Source of the DNA: Tubulanus polymorphus
Taxonomy: Eukaryota > Animalia > Nemertea
DNA: 64,000 nucleotides
Assembly: GCF_964204645.1 (NCBI RefSeq)
Contig: NC_134028.1
Location: forward strand, 5,394,001-5,458,000
Reading direction: 5' to 3'
The position numbers and the translations under genes were made by a program. Under the pieces are notes generated by a model. It saw only the letters and a program-made list of their open reading frames with translations, did no database searches and was not told where the DNA came from. Below are positions 1 to 14,381 of this stretch, in pieces; the stretch's first letter is position 1; every line of letters begins with the position of its first letter.

Positions 1-761
1 CCAGACCTTTCACCACTTATTCTGCATTGCACCCTTTTCAAATATGTGTATCGGGCTCGGTCGTCGGGATAAATGCTAATTAGAGTAAATGTCTAGTAAA
101 CTCCTCAGTGCATTATGAAAATATGTACTTGAAAATATCGACGACGTTAAAAAGCTTTTCGCCTCGGTTTTTTTTCATACGTCTATCACAAGTTTTTCCA
201 GGGCATTTCGACGTCTGCTCGTCGCCGACCGGTTTTAAAGAGAAACAGTTTTGTTTGTGCCCGCGATGGAAATCAAGTCGTTTACCACTTGTCGGCGACA
301 TGTCCCATTTCGGTCAAACTTGAAGTGGTTCTCATTGAAACGTGTTCGAACGGATGATGATTAGATCAATATCGTCGGCGGCGGCACGAATGTTTGGCCA
401 CGATTTTTACTCCAGCGCTGCGTCGAACGATCATCTTCGTCGCATTACTGTCATCGATGAGTACCTGAGATTTATGCGGTATGGTGTCACGCGGAGGCCT
501 CGTCGTCGTTTGATCTCTTTCGGCAGAAAACACGACTCGACAAACTGGCTTTCGATGTTAAAATCAATACACCTGTTATCGATAGGTATATTTCCGAACA
601 AACAGTGCTTGACAGCTCGATCAATTTTGTGAAATCGTCGTATTTCGTGACATATCTACGTTATGGAATTCGATCGCAGGAGTGGTGTACCTACAGCTGT
701 TACGTTAGTTTTCAACGCCGGTCTTACTTGACGTATTTGAATTTCGGACCCAAGTTACCGA

Positions 762-926
762 TGACCCTAGAAAACGCAGGAACAGGAGACGGAAACATGT
801 TTCCGAGTGTTTCTCTGTGTCGTGTGCGTTTATGAGGAACGAGAAACATGCGGGAAACAATGTTTCCGAGGTCAAACATGTTTGATTCTCTGTTTCCGTG
901 TTTTCCTGCGTTTTGCGCTGGGCTCT
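762..926. mobile_element. MITE family A copy
   Basis: Internal GACGGAAACATGTTTCCGAG...GGAAACAATGTTTCC and right end GCGCTGGGCT. Confidence 0.65.
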
Positions 927-3900
927 AAGTCCAGAATGGAGCGTGTCCATTATTGACTAGTCACAATAAGGTGGTGACACTATTGTGCACAGATTCTCAG
1001 TGTATCGTTATCATCTATTTAATCAGTCATTTCGAGTTCATTTCTTGGTTAAAAGCGAACTGTCCGAATGAGTTTAATTAGTTGTTTAGTAACGTGTCAG
1101 TTGCAGACAGTATCTCGTTGACAATGAGACGTGGGAAACGGCGTAGACACAGGCGGCTGTCTATAATACAACGATTCATATATGTGTATGTGTCATATCT
1201 ATCACAACAATGACTCATCCTGTTTGTCTCGCGTTACATCTGTCAATCACTGCCCGCGCGGGCCCCAGCTGAGCCGAATCCCTGAAAACGTGGTGCGTCC
1301 GTCCACACAACCGCGCCACGGATACTTACAAATTTCTAATTACGACGCGTTACGAACAATTGTACGCTTATCTTATGTGCGTGACAACGCGAGTACGCTC
1401 TCGGACGTCCAAACGGTCAGTTTCCGAGTGCACTGACCATTGTCCGGTCGACCGGACGCAGCGGGACGTTCCATTATCCGCGGTGTCTAAGTGTAATCAA
1501 GTTTTCTCATTATCTCTCATTAACTCTAATGTACACGTGATTTAGGCTTCATTTTTGACTGTAGTTGTAAGCTAGATCTAACACCATCTCACTTAGCAAT
1601 AAACCCCTAGTGTTCGACCTCGTAGCTTATTTGATATCTATAAAACTGTCTACGACTACTATTTGAGAGTAGTTTCTACTTTTGACAGCTTAACTATTCC
1701 CGAAAATATCCTCAAAATCAGAATAGTTTCTAGTTCAATTTTAATTAAAGTACTATTTTTGACATGTATTACCTTTAAAGTTTTAATGAAAACTACTGCA
1801 ATAAGAGTTATCACGAAGCAGGTAGTTAGGTCAATATCTTTTTATTCTGCATCGGTCTTTGTTATTGCTAACGATCGCTTCTGATCGCCAAATGTGAATA
1901 TTTGGTTCATATTTCACCGGTTGCGTCCACTTACAACTAGGAAAGCTAACACAATATTTTTAAATCCGGAAAAAATCAAGGTTATTTCATGAAGAATCGT
2001 GTCAAAGTTCGCGATGTAACAAAGACCGCTAATGAAAAGGTGTAATGTATCGCAAACAGTCGAATGAAAACAGACCAGTGTTTGTAGAGGCTGCGGGGAT
2101 ATATTTGAATTTGTGGATAACGTTGATTTTTTAAGTGGCAACCATTAGTTTTCCCAGCTGGACAATAAACTCGCTGACATATGCTCCGATAAAACCTCGA
2201 AGCCCGGGATACTATTAGGTAAAGAGCCTTTTCTCTGTGGCGTGTATCTTATCAGAAACATATGCACACCCCTTGACTTAAATGTAGACTTTTAATCTCT
2301 TGTCATTTTCCATTAGGCGCACACGTACTATCAGCGTGTAAAAGCTTTCCTCTATTTATACGTTTCCCAGAGAAAGAGAGAAAGAGTTCGCTAGATGATA
2401 AAAATGTATTTGTCGAAGCGAATATAGTTCGGCTGTGTTTCTAATGAAGTTAGTCGGTTTCAATGATCTAATTATAGATGCAAGAGATCATGTAATCGAT
2501 AAACCTGTTACAACGTACAAATATCATTATCATTAAAAATACTATTGCAATTACTATGACACATATGTAGGGTGTGTTTGGGTCTTCGAGCTGATAGGAA
2601 ATTCTTTCCTTGATCTCTTATTTATAGACTTATGCGGCACACCTTAGTAGTAAATACCTTTGTGCGATTTATTTTCATGTGACCAGTTTTGGGTATTCCA
2701 GGCTGAGTTCCCGGTCCAGACAGTAAAGGTATAGGCTTGCACGGTCGGCCTTAAAGCTGTTTTGATTGCTCGATTTTATGAGTGAGCTTCGAATCTCTGC
2801 TAAGATCTTATTGAAGCGAGGCGTAGGTTCGACTTGGGATGCGATTGGTTGCTACTGTTCGCAAAAGTCTGTATAGTTTGACAGCGACCAAGTTCGACAA
2901 GTCTTATGTCAGTTGCAGAGCAGTGTATGTCAGTTGTGACTGGGAGAGACGCTCATGTCACCGTGTAAAAACTGGAGCATGTGTGACTTGTTGCAACTGG
3001 CTTGGCTGGCAGTTGCGAGAGTGCGTAGGTTGACAAGTCTGTGAGATGTCATTGTCACCAGTCACTGGCAGCCGCGAGACCTGGCTTAAGGAGTCCCATT
3101 TATGGGGCTGGCCCTAGAGTCTTAGTAACAGAATTTCCAAGGCTTTATTGACAATGAATCAAATATAGTCCTAGTAACCACTGTATGTTATACAGGGCAC
3201 TAAAACCTGCTGGTTACAGGCCCTACGGATGGATACTAATAATTATATACTATTTGGCCCTCTACTGCATTTGTTTGGGAACAACCAGTTAATAAAACCC
3301 TCATAGCCCTCATAGCCCTCTTTACCGGCAAACCAAGTCTCTTTGTCGTAGCTGTAGTTAACGAAGTTTTCATAGACCCATAAAATCGGCTTTCAATTGT
3401 GTCTTAATTGACTGAAGTTATAAAATCGTCTAGATTTGAGGTCTCCGCATTACTACGTTAATGGTCTATAAAAGCCAAATTCTATGAACGGAAAGTTCAA
3501 GCGCGTGTTCGAAATGTTCTGTCAAAAGCGTCGTGAAAATACGGCTTACAACATAACATTTCAGACGAGAACAATCTGTACAAAATGAAGAAATGAACAA
3601 ACTGAATGGTCAATTATCTATTGAATTCAATGTTTTGACTATATGTTGAGGGGATGCTGAATTAGTACAACATGGAATATACATGTTGTGCATTTTCCAG
3701 ACGTGACAATGATTCTATCAAAGTTCAATACTGGATTTTTGGGACAAGTTCATGTCGGTTAAATCCATGTTGTACCGATTCCATCGATCCTATGTTGAAC
3801 AACAAATTCAACAAATTATCAACTTTTCGGACTTCATTTTTCTCATTATATTAGTGTGGGATTCTTAATATATCCTTGGAGTACTCCAAGATATATCGTT

Positions 3901-6900
3901 ATATCACAAACTCAGTGTTTCATCAATAACGGAAGATTCTACATGATTCACCCTTAATTAAAGACACTAATAATTGTAGTGTCCAGATGAACTCCGAACC
4001 GAGTAAAGCCGAGAATTTGTTTTTCAATGCTGATTGAGTTTCCGTTTTTACTTTTGAACTTTCGCGATCTCATTAATGGATTCTAATTAATTCGCGTCCG
4101 ACGTGGAAAACGCCGGTCATGTGAATGATTCGACAGATGGATCGCGCGCGCGTGCGAGGGTCCGACCCCCAGGTGGCGTTCACGCTTGACGGGACAGCGA
4201 CATCCGTAAACCTGAACGGAAGTCGAGGAAACACCGGCCGACGACGACGATGACGTGTAATTCGATCCCGATGTCATCAGATCTACCGCCGATAATCAAA
4301 CGAACATTGTTACCGCACGGTTTGTTGAGTCTCACGAGAGACGAGTCCGCTCCATTTATCAGTTTAAATAGTTCGCTTCGGTTTTTTTCGTGCGTACGAA
4401 ACATCGACTCCCGACTTCGCGGCATCCGATGAGGGGCGTAATTTTTTCATCCGTCATCGGACGCACGATCAAAGTGGACATAGCTAATTATCGGATAAAC
4501 GTTTTGCTGTGCCCGCGCGCGAGTACTAAAGATTTGACAGTACCCCGCTGGACAAAGGACACTTTCAACAATAGCGGTCATCTTAGCCGTAATCATTTCA
4601 TTCACAAAGGAGCTTTTTTTTATCTCATCGGCGCTTTCTTATCGCGTGATTCTCGCGAGTGAATCTTCGCGAGCCGATAGCCGATGATAGAAGCGTATAT
4701 CCTCCTCTGGCCCCGGCTGAGCCTAATAGGCTTTAACCTATAATAGCTAATACCTCAGACCGAGCGTAGTAATCCCGGATCATAATAATAATAAGACTTC
4801 GGTATTAATTACTCATTGTCTGTTAGGAAAACGCGAGATCTCTTTTTTTCTCGTCGAGGGTGATTCATTTATAAATAGCCTTACGAGTCTAAAAGACGTT
4901 ATTTTGGATTTGATTTTTTTTCTACATGTCGTCTGAAGCCCGCAGGCCGACTATCAGAAGACCCTGGTGTATATAGATTAGTTTGGACTACGCGCGGTAT
5001 CGTCGCGCTAATTCGAATCAATCTTTTTACGATCGTCATCGCGTGCGGTTCGAGACGAAATGAACTGCAGCGCGAGCGCGGTCGGCGTACGACGGCGGCG
5101 CTTCCTTCGGCAAAAATCAATGATTAATTGTAAAATCGTAGAGAAAGCGATGAGACGTCGAGGTTAGATCTATTAATACCCGGTTTCAGCGTCTCTCATT
5201 TCCGCGACTTTTCTTGCCGATTCGTCGGTTTCCTCGAGAAAAATCTGAAAATATCGAATATCCGACGAATGAATCGAACACCCCCTCCCCCGTCCCCCTA
5301 TGATGCGGGGCACGTATACGAAAAACTTTTTCGCGTATATTGTTTAGGAGGAAAATTCGCGCGTGATTCATCGAAGACGAAAAACGTCGTCATCTTCGCC
5401 GCGTCTAAAAACAAAAGCGATTGTCAGCCGAGCAGAACTAAAAACGCGCGGCGGCTGGTTTTTTTTTCGATGGAAATCGTATCGGATTACGCCCGAGCGT
5501 CTTATCCCGGGCCGTGCAATATTCATAAGATCGGCGAGAGCACGTGATTTTCGTCGACATTGTTGACGTAAATAATAGATGGTATCCGTGCGACGGCGTC
5601 GACGACGACCATTGTTATCGGCTTTCGATTTTCTGTGGTTTCTTTTCTAATTCGCGATCGTCATCATCTCGCGTTTGCTCGTGAGCGGGAGAGAGGGAAG
5701 CCCCGTCAGAAATGATTAAAAACAAATTCATTTCGGGCGCTTTTTGCGTCGGGCGAATCAGTTCGTTCGGCGTTCGTCATCGACGGGTAAAACCGTCGCT
5801 GCGGCGTCCAACAGACCGGCGCTGACGGTAACCGTATACTCCCAGACGGTGGCGTATTTCATTAGTCGAAGCCGGTGAAATGAGAGGATGACAATGACTG
5901 TTAATGGGGTTAATTATGATTGTCACGCGTGAGTCATGTTTGTCAGAATCTGACCACGGCGACGACGATGACGACAACGATGAAATCCATTGTTATCAGG
6001 TAAACTCTTACCTGTACGCGGGAAGACCTGTCGTCTTCGATTTGTTCCGCGCGACTCTCGCCGAGTCATTAATAGGATAAGTTACTTAACGGCTATGGTT
6101 ACTTCGAGAAAAATGTTTTCTCGGTTTCGCGGAAGTGTCTTCGAATGTTTTGACGTTTACAGGATCGGGCCATTTCGCCGCTGGTGGAGAATTTCAAAAT
6201 TTCAATAGAGAAAATATGACTTTTTTCAAATTCAAATTCATAATAACTGTTTCGGCCCTCGATGTTAGACAAAGGCCTCATTGGATTGACGGTTCGATAG
6301 AGAGGACAAACAAGAAGCATGGAGATGGATACATTTCAATAAATTGGATCAATTTAGAAAGAGATGTGACTATGAAAGCACTATAATCTTTAAATCCCTC
6401 GGAGTGAACTGACAAAATTCTGTGATCGCCTTAACCTTTTTCAGCTGTATTGACTTGGATACCGCCATCCCCTAAATACTGTTCAGACAGTCCTAGTATT
6501 AGTACTGATTAAAGTAGATTTCTTAAGTTCTAATGATTTCAGATTTTAAGTACATAAGTAATGGCTATAAACTAATTTCTCATTATATCAGCGAGTTGCT
6601 AGGTCAGCTGTATAAGATGGTCAGTTTATGGATTACCGAGGATTAAACTCCCTTGAATATAAATGTAGATACTGTCAGTTTACCTTTATAATCCTGGCCA
6701 ATTAGACATAAGCTCAATCAGCAATGAATTCAAATGAATCTCAGGTCCTGCTTAACAATTTAACAGTTTCGGAGTTGTTGAAGTGGATATAAACATTTAG
6801 ATTTTACCTAGATTCTTCCGTGATTCTTGAATGTTCTTGCTCTTGCATTAATCAAGGAAATTTTGCATAATTTTCTTAAAAGATCTTTCTGGAAGATCTA

Positions 6901-8679
6901 ATCAGGGATGATGCTTGTTCCCATGTCCCTGGTGTAATCAACATTGATTTGTAATCGTTGGACAGATTTTCACCCCATGTTAGGAGCCGTTATAGAGAGC
7001 TGTTTTCCTAGCTGTTCGGGTGACACCGACGCAAATGAAGGTAATTATTAATGAAAAGATTGATAATTATATCCCATTACCCGCTCTATCTACTGGCATC
7101 AGAGCAATCAATGTTGATATGAATCTTTTTTCCTCATTTCCCACTGTGTACGAAAACACACTAATTAACAAAAGGCTAACTGGGCGTAGCAGTCAGGGGA
7201 AACATTGATTCCATCGAAGAATGCTCTATTGGTGACAATGAGGAATTGATAGACCCCCTCATAGGGGATCCGATACCATCTGATAGTCCACCTGGCCTTA
7301 ATGTGGTCACGGCTGTCCAAGGTTACAATCATATTGATTAACTCGCTTGATAAGGGTGACAAGATACCATTAGGGTTTTTAAGATGAATGAAGCGCCCGT
7401 AAAAGCTTTAATGATGGCCACCTGCCGAGTATAATTACCCCAGCCACCTGATGGTCATCACGAAATTTCAATCGATGCACCCTTAATGTTGGATCATCGC
7501 GAAGAATGAAAGCCTCGGCCGTGAAAGAGTTAACAACAAAGGCTTACGAACAAGCGCTTTAAAAAAAAGAGCATGCTATGGTCATTTCCTGTTATAAGGC
7601 GATTCTTAATTGGATCAAATGAATGACTCAAATGACGAGCGCGGAGTCAAAGATTACACAAGTCTCAAATTTCTCGGCGAACGCCGAAAATAATAAAACC
7701 ATTATCCGAGATGGAAGATTACAAAGAACGTGCGGCCGAAAAAATAATTACATTTCCAGTTGAAATGCGTCGATGTGTTTTAGTAATGCTATTTGAAAGT
7801 TGGAAGGGTGTGGGAGGGCTCAGTGAGAGTTGAAACAAACGACTAGGCACGAGCGTGCGCGTGCACGCGTCGTCGTCGGTCTCGCAGCCCGAGACATCAT
7901 CGCAAACACCGGCTAATAAATCGCAGAAAAAACAATAGGTTTTAACATGTCAAAAGCTATTAGCGGGAGATTTGTAAGGAGCTTTCTGTGGTAGGGAATT
8001 ATCGGGCACAATGAAATTCATTACACCGACAAAGCATTTCATTAAGATTGACATCCTGTGAGATCAGTTTATAAAGATTGATGCCTCCGAGCTAGAGAGA
8101 GTTGAACAGCGCTGAATATACACTTCACTTTTCATTTTCCTTCTTGCCAGTTGGAATTAAATCGCCACGTTTTAAGAATCGGTGCAAAGAGATTTTCAAT
8201 TTATATCCAGACCTAGTGTAACAGTTTAGAGTTTGAATTAGACGCTAGGTTCGAGTATATTTGAAATAGCCGAACTTGAAGTCAAACTTGAAATTATCTT
8301 ACATGGTTTTCCAAGTTAAAGGGAAGGAAAATACATTAAGCTTCTGCAAAAAAAGAAAAAAAAAGTCCGAAAGGTTTCATTGAGCTAGTTATTTATTTCC
8401 AACATTTTGACTATATCCTGGAATACTATTAGGATAAAGTCGAAAATATTGAATTATAATGAACTATAGCGCGAACTATAAACTATTTGGACTTTTTTTG
8501 TATAGTGGGATTTTACTGTTTCCTAACACTGGACAACAGTGTTTCATCAAGATGATTGGCAGCAATTAAAGTTCCACCACGAGCTGAAATTTGATTCTTA
8601 GTTTCAAACAATTTGAGAAACAGGATGTTTTTTAATGTTTTCAACACTGAAAGTGACAATGGACCATCATATCCAAGGC

Positions 8680-8752
8680 GGCCACCTCTCTGAGGCTTCG
8701 ATCGCAGAACCTGTCTTCTGAGGGTTTCATGCTACCCATTCGGCCAGCGCCT
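8680..8752 (-). pseudogene. Degenerate tRNA-derived SINE head
   Basis: Minus strand TGGCCGAATGG (A box) and GATCGAAGCC (degenerate B box). Confidence 0.35.
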
Positions 8753-11700
8753 TGAGTGATGCTAATTACTGCAGTGGGAATTCATCCATGTGACTAGTTT
8801 TCAAAGCAGACATTTGAAAATATTTGATTCGGATTTATTCGCGCGTGATGAAAAAGACAATCTCGAAAAGTCTCTTAAAGATATTGCGCAAGAGTAAGTC
8901 CTCTTCAACTGTTCATGTGTCGTAATAAGTACTTCAGCGTTAATCGAATTATTCAGATATGTCACGCGGAACAATGAACGGAATTCAACAGCCGCGGGCT
9001 TGAAATGTCCCGAGCGTTGTTACTGTTAGTATACACACACACTTGAAACCGAGTATTATACGATAATTTGTTTTCAAGAGGGACCGAAAGAAAAAGATCT
9101 CAAGTCTCGAGTTGTTGTCTTCGTCGTAAAAACCCTACAGGGTACGCGGTCCTTAAAGATGCGCCGGAGCGTGGAAAAACGATTCAACGTACCGAACTAT
9201 AAGCACCGGTTCGACAATACCGATAATTGGCCGCAAACAATACAGACGGGTCTTTAATTCGCTTCGCATTATTTTCATGCGACTGTAAAGGTTTTTGTCC
9301 GTATAAATGCGGCCGGCATTTCGACGCGTTATCGCTACATCGACGACCGGTTTGAATCGAATCTTGTTCGGCGATCGGGTAACCGGAGACCTGGACGAGC
9401 CGAGATATCATCGAACGTTTTTAAAGGTTTCGTATCAATTTCGCGCACGTCTTTAAAGTCGATTGAATTTCGTTTGTCGAATTCGTTTTCTCGTTTTCGG
9501 AGATAATGACCCGGTAAACTACCTCGCGGCTGCGGCTGCGAAGTAGATAGAATTGTTTCGATTTTCCTCGTCAAAGTTTAACTCGAGAAAGATTCGAAAG
9601 ATAAGAAGAATTTGACTTTGCGTCATTTAAGTTTTCTAGATTGTTTTGTAGTCATTATCGGATCATTGACCACAGATGTCTCTTGCGACCGGGTAGTACG
9701 CTGCGGTTCCATTCTTCCGCGATCTCTCTCCTAAGCAACGAAAAACTGGTTGCACCTGAAATATTTGAATATTCATCCATTCAAATTCTTTTTCGCTCGT
9801 AATTTATGAACGGGGCCCCGACAATGTTTTGAAGACCTGTTTTTTTTTCTTCTCGTTAACGTTATTTCGAAGTTAACAGCGATTACGACGGCGGTGAAAA
9901 GGATGAACCGCGATGACGACGACTCGAGATATATCTACCCCTCCCGGCCTGCCGTAAAAAATTTCATCCGCGTTCGTTCGTGTCTATTGTGATGAAAATC
10001 TCGAACGAAATAATATTCGTCGGCCGCCGACGATGTTTTGTATAAATACGAGCAACAGACAGCGAGTCGCTGGCCCTCGTCGAGCGTAAAAACAACACAC
10101 TGCGCGCCCGCTAACGAGCAACAATGGCTAACCGAAAAGAATTCCGGACCTCTCCTCTCGGCTGTAAAAAAGTCAAGAAGCGCTGTTTGCATAACGTATT
10201 AAGCCTCTTTACTAAGTAAACACACTTTGTAAAGCGATCTGATGCTCGCCGGAGAGAGAGAGTGAGTCTCGGGTGATTGAAAGGGAGGGCTGAACCAGTC
10301 AATTAGAACCTTGTTTAAACAGTTCGTTACGATCGTATTTATACCAATTAAAACGCTCGGTAGCTGTTATACTTTCTCTTTCTCTCTGGTACCTTCGTAC
10401 AGCTCATAATCACCCTCGGTCTGAGCCATGGACGTATGAACTAGAAACTAGGGTGTATATATATGGTTTAGTCGAATGTTGAATTGATAAACGCCTCAAG
10501 CCTTATCCTCTTCGAAGAGCTCCAGTAGGATTTACCGCTAAATATTTGATTTTCGAACTTGAACAAAAAAAAAGGATTAGTCGATTTCAATTCTACAGGC
10601 AATCTAATAACTTAAAACCTTCCATGACTTCAAACTAACTGCCCCCTATGGCCCTGTATCGTATAGCAGCCATTATTCCCAGTGAAGCAGATCCAAGCAC
10701 CTTTGTTATCGATTAGAAAAATTAAATTTTCGAATGATGAAGTGACAGATTTCGTGCACGAGCATGCGCTGCTCGCGCGCACCACGTCGTCGTCGTTACT
10801 TTCGCCCGTGTTTTCTTTAAGAGGGTTATCTTTAATGAGCTCTATTTGAAAATTGCGTCGTCATCGTCGCCGAAACTTTGACTCATTCCGCGACAGAACG
10901 AGATTCATTTCACTCGAGAAGTCTTTGTTTTGTAAAAACAGTGCGTGACACGTAGGCGCGCGAGCTGTTTCCTAGCAGTAAAAACACGCGTAGTCGATAT
11001 AGTCGCCACATCGAAATCCATTCTCGCCGATCGAAAACAACAAAAACCTCTGCTGTTAATTAGAATAATGATTATTCATATCGAACCCCGCCTGCCAGAG
11101 TCGCTTCCATACTCAATACTTTTCATTATTTTCGACTAGTTCATCGATCGCGTCGTCGTCGTCGTCGCGGATGTTTCCGATTTATCGATGTTTTCACCTG
11201 TCGAAGTGAACTGCTGGTAGATCGTCGCGATCTATCGCGATGTCTCGTTTCTTGATTCTCCGGGCGACGACGGCGGCGTCGATATCGGTTTCTACGACGG
11301 GTGACAGTAATCCTCGACGAACTGATTTAAGCTACGCCGTGTGTGATCGGTGATGATTGAGAGAGTAGTTTAGTAACCCGGCTATTATTGACCCGACCGT
11401 CGAGCGTCGCAGTATTTTTTTACCGTTGTCTTTAGATCGGGTGACGTAGAAATGAACAGTAGGCAAAACAGCGATAAAGCAAGGACGAATTAGGCAGATT
11501 TTTATTGAAGGATATGAAGAAATCCAGCATTGATGCGTAAAATACGATACAATAAGATATTCATTTCATTTCAACCATTAGCATGGTGAGACAAAATTGA
11601 ATACAAATATATTGTACAATATACATAGACTAAACAAATGGGATGTGGCCTGCTGCACAGTAGCGCACCTGGTGGATCCTCAATTGCCACAAAATAGGAA

Positions 11701-13939
11701 TCCTCGCTTGCTGGGTACTCATTCTAGTTTTACAATGAATTAAATAACGATAGTAATGTTTTATTTACGATTTGAATTACTATATGAAGTAGCAGGAATA
11801 AATACGGAATATTGTAATATAAGACGCTGGAATGGTGAAGTTAAAACAAACTTATTACCTAAAGGGTCCAGTCGCCGAAAACTCAAGTTCTTAAAGCTTA
11901 AGACCAGTTGTTCTTTACACGACGATGTTGACCCTGTAATCAGTAGATCATGTCAAAGTGCATTTTTCATATGTTTTCCGATAATCTAATTCATCGGGAA
12001 AGACGCAATAAGCTTAATTGAGTAGAAATAATTGAGTTGTGCGAAACAGTCTTTAAAATCATGGCATCTAAATGTCTCTCGGAATATGAAGACAGATGTA
12101 CCGACTGACAGGTTATCTTTCTCAGCTTCGCCACGGTGCTGGATTGCATCATGTCTCACCACCCCGCGAGAGTACGTCCACGTGATTCCTAACTTATGTT
12201 TAAAAACGCGGTTCGAAATGAAAAAATCTTTGACGAATTTCAGATGTTGAAATTTCGAAACCCGATAAAAATAAAAATTTCGCAGAATCAGAAACTCGTG
12301 AACATTTACGTCAAAAATGAGGAAACCGTACTTGGAATTTTATCTTTTCTATCATTTCAAAAGTAATGGGCTTTTTGGACTGATATATCAAGAAGCTATT
12401 GAGACTGAACTTAATGAAGATACTTTTATATTCTTGGAGCCTGAAGCTCGCGTAGTATTTTCTCATGCCCCTATTTTGTTGTTTGATACGCGAGATACGG
12501 CGTAAAAAGTCGTGCGGAAGCCTCTGCCGCCGGCTGGCTGAGTTCCCCCTGGCGAGCGGGGATCCAGATAGTATCAGCCGCGCGATGTTCATTGATTCCT
12601 ATGAAAACACATGTAACAGACAGAAGAATTATCAGTGCTTGATATCGGTAATATGAGGCGGTTTCTAACCACGGCGAACCGGAATCAGAGACATAATATT
12701 CGTTATTTTTATATCGAATGGGTGGAGTTTGGAGTTAGCAAAATGGTGGATGAATAATGAGGCTCAATGTTGCCGGTATGCCGGTGTATTACTAGTATTT
12801 TCTTCGGGATACATGAAATTGAAATTTACAGGACGCAAGAAATTTCTGATTTCACCGTTAGAAGCATTCGAGTTTCTAATCGAGATTAGTATCGAATAAA
12901 AGGCACTCTGGGGTAGCTTACAACTTTGATGCAGGATACCATCAATGGACAGTGTCTCGTATCCACAAAAATTACAATCTAGTATTGTATGAATTGAGCC
13001 TCGTTCAGAAGTGCAATTATCATCATTTTAGAAATATCATGTTTCATCGCGTCGAGTTAAAAAATGTTGAATGATATTCATTTTCAATAGTTTGAACCCT
13101 CTTTATGAGTGAAATTCAAACTCACAACTATGTGTCAGTTGTGAAGGGGGGAGTCAGAAAATATTTAGACGAATCTATTTCAACTCTGGATTTGCTGTGA
13201 TCTTCGTTTGTGTTCAGTCAAACAAAATTATTTGTAAAATTTAGACCTTTACGCACGCGAGTTTGAGAGACTTTTGTTGCGAAATGATAAGAAACTGCCG
13301 CGTTACCATTGTGCAGTCGAATCAGACTTATTAGTTCACTAGGATTTAACCGTATAAATCAGCTATATGGACAAATACAGCAATAATTTATCACCACATG
13401 ATCGGAAGCCTATATTGCTGTATAAGACCTATGGTATTAAAATCTTTGCCATTTTTATTCGAGGAACTTTCCGAGAGGAAGCTCGCTCTATTATTACTCT
13501 TCGTTTTGCCGTTTGTTTATTTGCGACGGGACCAAAGTTCTTCCACTTCAGCAGCAGTAAAGACTAAACTGTTCGTTATAAAAGTCAGTTTATGCGGCGA
13601 TCCGTATCTGCGTAACGTCCACCTGCGGATCTGCGGATCGTGTGGAATTTTTTCGTAAAATACACGTTGCGGAAATTGAGAACGGAAATGAGAACTACAC
13701 CGACCACGACCGACAGACCGACAATGAGGGGGACATATTTTCCGCCTGAGGCGCGCGAACATTGCTGAGAAAGATGGAAACACAAATTTAGTGTCATACG
13801 ATACGCCTGATCATTCTGTCAGAAAATTGCCATCCATTTCAAAAATGGGCCCTTTTCTTAGCCGGCCGATCTCCAGCTGATTATTATAATAACGACATAG
13901 TCGAAAAATCAAGTTCGCCGAGATTAGAATAGGCGGCCT

Positions 13940-14030
13940 CGATCGACCAATCAGCGGGCTTAGTTCGTACCGGAGATAATTGGCCGTAATTCAAGAGAAG
14001 TAGTTATAAACATGGTTATAGGTATATAGT
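13940..14030 (+). promoter_or_regulatory. Putative UNC5 distal core promoter (CCAAT box, TATA box)
   Basis: GACCAATCAG (CCAAT at 13947) and TATAAA at 14005, about 300 nt upstream of the exon-1 ATG. Confidence 0.4.
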
Positions 14031-14314
14031 CATAGCGAGAGAGACGGACTGGTGGAGTGAGTGTTCAGAAACCACATCTGTTTATCAGATGGTCTCGTCG
14101 TGGAGAGTTCCGTCAGTCAGGTCGTAGTTTGGAAAAAGTAGGCGCGCATTCGGAGACAGTCAGTCGATGATGTCATAAGGAAACACTCTCGGTGATTATT
14201 AAAACTACAGTGGAAATTATCAGCGCACCACCGGGTGGAGAGTGTGTGTGTCTACGCGCGTGCATACGTTGTTGTCGAGCTGCGGAGTGCTGTGAAACTT
14301 AATCAGTTGTGATC

Positions 14315-14381
14315 ATGTCACTGTTTAGGAAACGTATACCTCTTAATTTGCTACTGTTCGGATTATTATTACGCGTTGCAG
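14315..14381 (+). CDS. UNC5: UNC5 distal first coding exon (signal peptide [23 protein letters not shown])
   Basis: ATG at 14315, basic n-region plus Leu-rich h-region, strong donor CAG|GTAAGA in phase 1 matching the phase-1 acceptor at 21831. Confidence 0.7.

Noticed and set aside
108-13797. Numerous 60-100 aa ORFs upstream of UNC5
   Set aside because: No recognisable domains, overlapping on both strands, and no phase-consistent exon chain found; short exons could still have been missed.
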